Under the pieces are notes generated by a model. It was not told the origin of the DNA. It saw only the letters and a program-made list of their open reading frames with translations, and made no database searches. From NCBI GenBank assembly GCA_000320545.1, contig ADNK01002373.1, positions 2,690 through 66,689 on the forward strand: DNA of 64,000 bases, written 5' to 3'. The translations under genes were made by a program, and so were the position numbers. Shown here piece by piece: positions 57,840-64,000 of this stretch. The stretch's first letter is position 1; each line of letters starts with the position of its first letter. The DNA is from Bigelowiella natans CCMP2755 (Eukaryota; Protista; Cercozoa).

Positions 57840-59522
57840 ATATATGTCATTGCATCGTCAGGAAAAAGAAGAACTGCAAGGTAAGTTGGACTCGTTGGAA
57901 AAGGAAAAGGATCGTTTCGTTTCGTTGTATGAAAATTCACGTCGTTCGCTTAAGGATGCTGAGGTGCGAAGCCACCAGAAGGAAGAAGCCGCTGCATCAC
58001 AGGAGAAGACCTTACAAAAACAGATGCAAGATTTGAGGCAAAAAGCTCATGAAGCTGATCTTCGCAATCAAGAGCTTGCTGAGGCCATACCGAGTGCCAC
58101 GCAACCTCTTCTACGGCAAATAAAGATGCTGACATCTAACGCGCAGAGTACGAAAGAACAATGGCTTCAAGAGGAACGACGGTATATCATGAATAACAAT
58201 GACTATAATCATGATAATCAACAACACCAACCATAAATTGCTTCGTTGACTACTCGATGATGTACCTAGTTCTTCCTACTACTGCAAATGACATATTATT
58301 CTCCCTCTCTCTCTCTCTCCCCGCTGTTCCTACTACCTCAAACAACTAGATACAAAGCTGAGATTGTACAGCGTAAAGGGGAGCTCAAGAAAGCCCAGGC
58401 GGATAGTGCAAAGAAAGACATGGTGATGAAGCGACATCGTCAATTAGCGGAGGAAGCCACAGAACGCCTGTCTAAGTCGGAAGAGCGTTATAAGAAGTTG
58501 CAGATGGATTATAAAGAGGAATGTCAAAAAGCGGTGCGATTGGAGCGTGACCTAAAGACCCTAAGGGATGAGACGAATGACCTTAAGGTAAACATACTGA
58601 GAGGAGGGGTGGGAGAGGAGAGCGATGCATATACTCGTTTCCCCATTACGATTATTATGATTTTCAATGATTGTCTCGCTCAACACTCTCTCCTTCCTAC
58701 TTCCAGGCAAATCGCGAAAATTTGTCCAAACAAAGAGAACGAGCTGAGGAGAAGCTACAGCAGTTGTTAGTGAGCACACGCCTAGAGCAAAACAAGTTAA
58801 GGCAGACGTTGCAACTTGAACGAAGGAGACGTAAGGAGATCGCAAATCAACTCAAGAGTCTAAGAGCACGTGTTGCGACTGCTACTACTACTACTACAGC
58901 ATCGGAAGGGAAAAGCAACAATGCTGTTTCTCTTACGACTGCTGTTGCTGCTGCTGCAAATGACAAGATAAGTGGTACCCTGCATCGCAACAACAACAAC
59001 AGCAACTTCGATGGAGTTAAACAGACACCTGAGAGTGAGGAGCAAGTGATGCTTACATCGCTCAGAGGAGACGTCGTGATCAATGGTGGTGCTCGTAGTA
59101 GCAGCAACAACAACGACAAATCCATTGAATTAAACAGTGAACAGCATTGGCAAGTCATGGAGAAACTTCGGTCAGAAAATCGACGAAAGGACGGCGAGCT
59201 GTTTTCACTTCGGCAGCGCATGGCAATCCTTGAGGAGCACCGAAAGATCTTGTCTGACAAGCTGCATCAGCTAACGACTGCCAATGCGGAGAATGAGACC
59301 AAACTGCAAGATGCAGAAAAGGTCGAGAGAGAGCTCAAAGAGCTTAACACAAAGTACTACGTCGTTGTGGACCTTCTAGGTGAGAGAGAGGAAGAGCTGC
59401 ATCATGCTAAGGAAGATCTCGAGCACGTGAAAGATACCTTTCGCAAGCAGGTTGAATCACTTCTGGATCAGATCGAAAAGTTGAGAGCAAGCGGCAGCAG
59501 CAGCAGCAGCAGGCGGGAATAA
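54204..59522 (+). CDS. TMF1: TATA-element modulatory factor / golgin (TMF1, GC5, Sgm1 family)
   Basis: N-terminal ...AQTAVKHVGTGIDRAIG, IMEGQKMSKKQ...IRSLR, IPSATQPLLRQI, long coiled coils, and C-terminal YYVVVDLLGEREEELHHAKEDLEHVKDTFRKQV. Confidence 0.9.
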
Positions 59523-60449
59523 ACAAAAAACAAAGTGGGATGGTAGCATCTATTAACAGCAGTTGGAGATGATGGTGATGATGATGATGATGATGATGAT
59601 GTCATCTGCTGATACATCGGCTCTCCGCTAGATAGGTCAGCAGTGATATTGAAAACTATATCAAGCTCGATCGGTGACAACAGCCACAAATTGGATCGGG
59701 AAATAAGGCTGCCTGCCCATCATGCAAGCATTGCCCAAATACCACCATGCGCGTAGCTGGTCATCATACACAGCAGCCCCTCGCATCATAGACGCTGCAC
59801 AGCACAGTGCGCATGCATTATTCTAGCACTGACGGGCTGCCAAATTTATCTAGATCGATGTAATATGCATAGTGTAGCTTATAGAGCCATAAAGGCTATC
59901 TAGCTATAAGCGCATGTAACGCAGTGTGTGGTGTGCAAGTGCACAAGTACCAATGACAATTGCAGTTACTGTAATCGCCAATGTGGCGGTATGGTGTGCA
60001 AAGCACACCCTGCTAGCCTGGCAAAGCGATGTGATTGCAACAAACATGTGACACTACCATCAGCCATACCATCAGCAGTTGTGACAATTCATCGTTATTG
60101 TAGCTCATTGCGCGTGCACGCACGTGCGCATGTGTTTGTATGAGTGTATGAACCAAAATCGCGCGAGCAAATAAAATCAAGATCTTTGTCACAACAACAT
60201 TTTTTTCACACCTCGCGTGCGCTGTAGCTGTGACAAGATGCGCGCGCGACACAAGCATGCACACTTGATCATTAGCAGCAGCACTTGGATCCAATCATGC
60301 ATGCTTTGTGCATGACGAACGTGTGCACCAAAATGTAAGTCATAGTTGCTGCTGTAACCTAGGTTGAACATCATTGAAGCGACTAATGGCGTCACATCTG
60401 CTGCTGGAGACCCTGTGTCTAGATCGATGCTATGCATGCAGCATGCTAG

Positions 60450-60489
<40 letters not shown>

Positions 60490-60577
60490 CTTTAACACAG
60501 ATTATGCTAAGTTGTGCTCCTAATGACTAACTACATGTTCAGCTAAGCTCGTATGCTATTTTGCTGTGTGTCAAAGA

Positions 60578-62086
60578 TCACAAAAAGTCACTTCTACAAC
60601 TTTGTATTCCGCGGGATACTACAAGGGCTGCTACTGATCTCTCAAACATAGGCGATATGCATTCCTAAATAGAAGATGCACAATAACACATCATTCAGCA
60701 CGGCAATGTATATTTTAAGCAGAAAGCAAAATGAAGAGAGGACCTACCAACTGTTCTTTCATGTTCTGCTATTACTGAGAAATAAAGTATGCCACAAAAC
60801 AGAACTACTACCGTTTCAATTGCCGTCGTGACGTGGATCATCAGAGTCCTAATTTGAAACATGGAAGAACAACGCAACGAATATCAACACAGCAGCTAAT
60901 GAGATGCATTGAATACACAAGAGACTTTATGAAAAAAGGAATCATAGAAGAAGACGAATGAGACCAAGACCATTGGGACAACCAACACACTGTGAACTAT
61001 AACAACTACAATACCTTTACATATCTCTACACACATGCCAATAATTAATGTTGTGATTAGGTATATAGAATGTTTTTGACCTATCTTTGTAGGCGTTGCA
61101 TTGCCGGTACTTCGCAGCTATAAATTCTAAGGCTGAACGATAATAACATCAACAACAATAATAATAATAATAATAACAATAATAACCGGGGAAATGAAAA
61201 ATAGCGTGACCAGCTGCATACACTATCACCATTCTAAAGCTGCTGCACAAAGAGAAAAGGCTCTCTTTCCATTTCTACGACGACGACGAAGACGATGACT
61301 ACTTCTACTGCTAGACTGTTAGTAGCAGAAGTAGACATCCTTCGCAACAAACTAGGTAATAAATCACCGTAGAAACTACCTACTAATTTCCCCTTCGGCA
61401 GGAGCTAGATCCCTGCCGAAGGGCGAAGAGACACTACTACTACTACTACTTTTTTCCAGGTGTTGTGCTCAGTAACGAGGGGTAGTTGTCACATCATGAG
61501 GAGGAGGAGACTAGTATGATGTTTCTATGATCATTACGATTATCATCATGCTTACCCTCTTTCGCATCGAATCCGCCGTAGTATTCAGGAAAAATCCTCC
61601 CAAGCTCCTCCGTCTGGTGTTGTGTTTGTTTTTTCATTGTATATCCGTATTTGTATGCGTGCGTAACGTTTATTTATGCACACACACACACACACACACA
61701 CATACTTAATATTTCTCCACTCTCCCCCTCCCCCCCCCCTCTCTCTCCAAAGAGGATCGTATTAGTTGATACCTTTATTTTTTCTTGAAATATATCGTTT
61801 TTGTTCAGAAATAGAATGACCGGTGTCTGAGTAACATAACAAGAAATAATATATATTATATCTTTGATATGTCGACAGCAAGCAGCACCAAATTCTGATA
61901 GACTAAAGATGGCATTCAGTCCACAGCTCAACACAACACAACACAGCGCCAATATACACAGTTATATCACACTCATACTCTCTCTCTCTCTCTCTCTCTC
62001 TCACTCACACACACTTACCTCTTTGAACCATATGAGGCTTAAAATGCCTTCGAATAACGACACTGTACCATATAAATTACACACGC

Positions 62087-62123
<37 letters not shown>

Positions 62124-62537
62124 ATACACACGCACAGGAGCGAATAGTTAGGAAACATGAGGAAGCAGCAGCAACCAACATTGCCGTACGTCTTACTTGT
62201 TCATCATCATAATCATCATCATCACACTAATTCGTTTCTCCTCCCCCCACCCCCACCCCCCTTCTTCTTCTTCTTCCTCCTCCTTCTCCTCATCTACCAT
62301 AATCTATCGAGCAGCAGTACTACTCCTACCACCACCACCACCACTACCAGCAAGCAATATAGAACAACTAACTAGTGTTGAGCGATATTGCAATCCGTTG
62401 GTAAGGATGTTGTGAGCACTAGTAGCTGTTAGAGCAAGTAGTAGTAGTAGTTAGTAGTAGGAGTAGCACACACATATTACATGATTCCTGCATTCTGTTC
62501 TTGTTTCTATCCTCCTCCAGCACCTAGCAGGTCAGGT

Positions 62538-62571
<34 letters not shown>

Positions 62572-63663
62572 CGATGATATTTGTGACAAAGGAAGAGGAT
62601 GAGATCCTTTTACGGACAGATTACAATCGATGATGCTAGGGTAGTGGTGGTAATGTGAAAGTTAACAGATGATGATGGATTTAATACCTGATCGTACTCG
62701 CTTAAGCTAGCAACATACCCAATTATACTTACGCCTTGATTATTGTATATATCGTATGTATATCATCTATTGATGTACTGTGCAACGAGAGAGAGACGAC
62801 AACGATTAAGGGGATGATAGTAGGTAGCGACGACAAACCCCTCAACGTCTTCTCATTCTCTCTTTCCTCACAACAGACTTTGCAACCACCACACAGCAGG
62901 ACCAATTGCTGCTACTTACCATCAAAGATATGTATCCATTTTTTGCGCTCTCCTACGATGAGATATCAACAATCAGCAACGATAATGATGGTCCACTCAC
63001 CATAAACGAATATCGATCTTAAGTCTGAATTGTCGTTGTTAGCAACAATTCAAGCAGCAGCAGCAGCAGCAGCAGGTCATCAACCGAGTACAGTCATCAC
63101 GACGATGCGAAGAAAATCAGCCAACAGAATCAAACGCTTACGTATATCATAATGGCTATTATCATCACTATCATGGTCATCATCACCGGCCGATTACCTC
63201 TCTGCCCACCAACGTCGTATATGACACATGGTTGGTCATTCATTGTGAACTATAAACATAAGAGTGATATGTCACATGGTTGGTCATTCATTGTAAACTA
63301 TAAACATAAGAGTGATATGTATGTATGTATGTATGCATGTATGTGTGTATGTGTGTAGCAGAAGTTAGTAGGGAGGGAGGAAGGAAGGTGTAACAAAATG
63401 ATCATTAATGAGGTCATGAAGCAAATAAGGAGTCGGACAGGATGTAAGGGGGGGCTAGGGAGGCCGGCATTTATTGTTGAGATTGTAGCATGAGTGTGGG
63501 AAACAAGAGCTAAGGAGCAGCATTCACGGCGGCGATTAAAGGTAAGGCAGTAAAGCAAGCGTTATCATATCATCATCATTATCATCATCATCATCATCAT
63601 CAATGAAGCACACACCTTCGTCTCTTCTATCCCTCTTGTTTTCGTTCGTGCTCGTAAGATGTC
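60578..63663 (-). CDS. Heterotrimeric G-protein alpha subunit, C-terminal half; 5' part lies toward or beyond the window end
   Basis: Exons give DILRARTKTRGIEETK|FTMNDQPCVIYDVGGQR|GERKKWIHIFD|GVSIIGYVASLSEYDQ|VLEEDRNKNRMQES|LSLFEGILSLIWFKE|TPVILFLNKNDIFQEKIK|...|MIHVTTAIET|...SCRSDFL*, containing the G2-G5 motifs. Confidence 0.96.
61391..61423. repeat. Perfect 12-bp GC-rich inverted repeat (9-nt loop) in a G-alpha intron
   Basis: CCCTTCGGCAGG-agctagatc-CCTGCCGAAGGG. Confidence 0.9.
63221..63316 (-). repeat. 48-bp tandem duplication spanning a G-alpha 3' splice site
   Basis: Units 63221-63268 and 63269-63316 differ at 2 positions. The duplication is also visible as a 16-aa repeat in ORF 63152..63358. 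Confidence 0.95.
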
Positions 63664-63835
63664 CTAAGCACATTACACATAGGTGAGGTGTGATCATGAT
63701 CATCACGCGTGCAGGCAAAGTGGCATTCAGTTGCAGCAGCATAGTAGTGGTAGTAGTAGTAGCAGTAGCAGTAGCAGCACATTCTCCTCGACAGGTCGCG
63801 GCTCTTGTGTAATAAGTAGTAATACACGCACGCAC

Positions 63836-63889
<54 letters not shown>

Positions 63890-64000
63890 TCTTGAAGAAA
63901 TAGAAGAAGAAGGAGATATAGCGTATCTCTCTGACGCCAACTTGGGAGAACGTAGTAATAATTCTTTTTTGGAGCGCATACCACCCTTATCCCCCCCCCC

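Overview
Gene-dense, intron-rich eukaryotic nuclear DNA from a protist. A chlorarachniophyte/Rhizaria-like source is my guess, not something the sequence proves. It uses the standard code and mostly GT-AG introns, many packed with microsatellites. Twelve protein genes can be spliced by eye: VPS11 (+, 5'-partial); an ankyrin protein ending in a CaaX box (+); a TBC1D5-like RabGAP with UVR and PH domains (-); a GYF + EF-hand protein (+); DUF1295 (+); NudC (-); ARS2/SERRATE (+); a secreted lamin-tail-domain + EGF-repeat protein (-); a basic hypothetical protein (+); a large ankyrin + 2x RanBP2/NZF protein (-); TMF1 golgin (+); and a G-protein alpha subunit (-, 5'-partial). The most striking signal is non-coding. 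Spacers downstream of gene 3' ends, but not the divergent promoters, are partly to almost completely purged of TpA except in CTA/TAG context, and are rich in TG/CA/CG. Two copies of one non-LTR retroelement 3' end, plus the longer copy's target-site duplication, differ specifically by TA versus TG/CA. This points to a localised TpA->TpG/CpA hypermutation or base-modification system, the reverse of fungal RIP. Exon boundaries and dinucleotide counts were done by eye and need computational confirmation.
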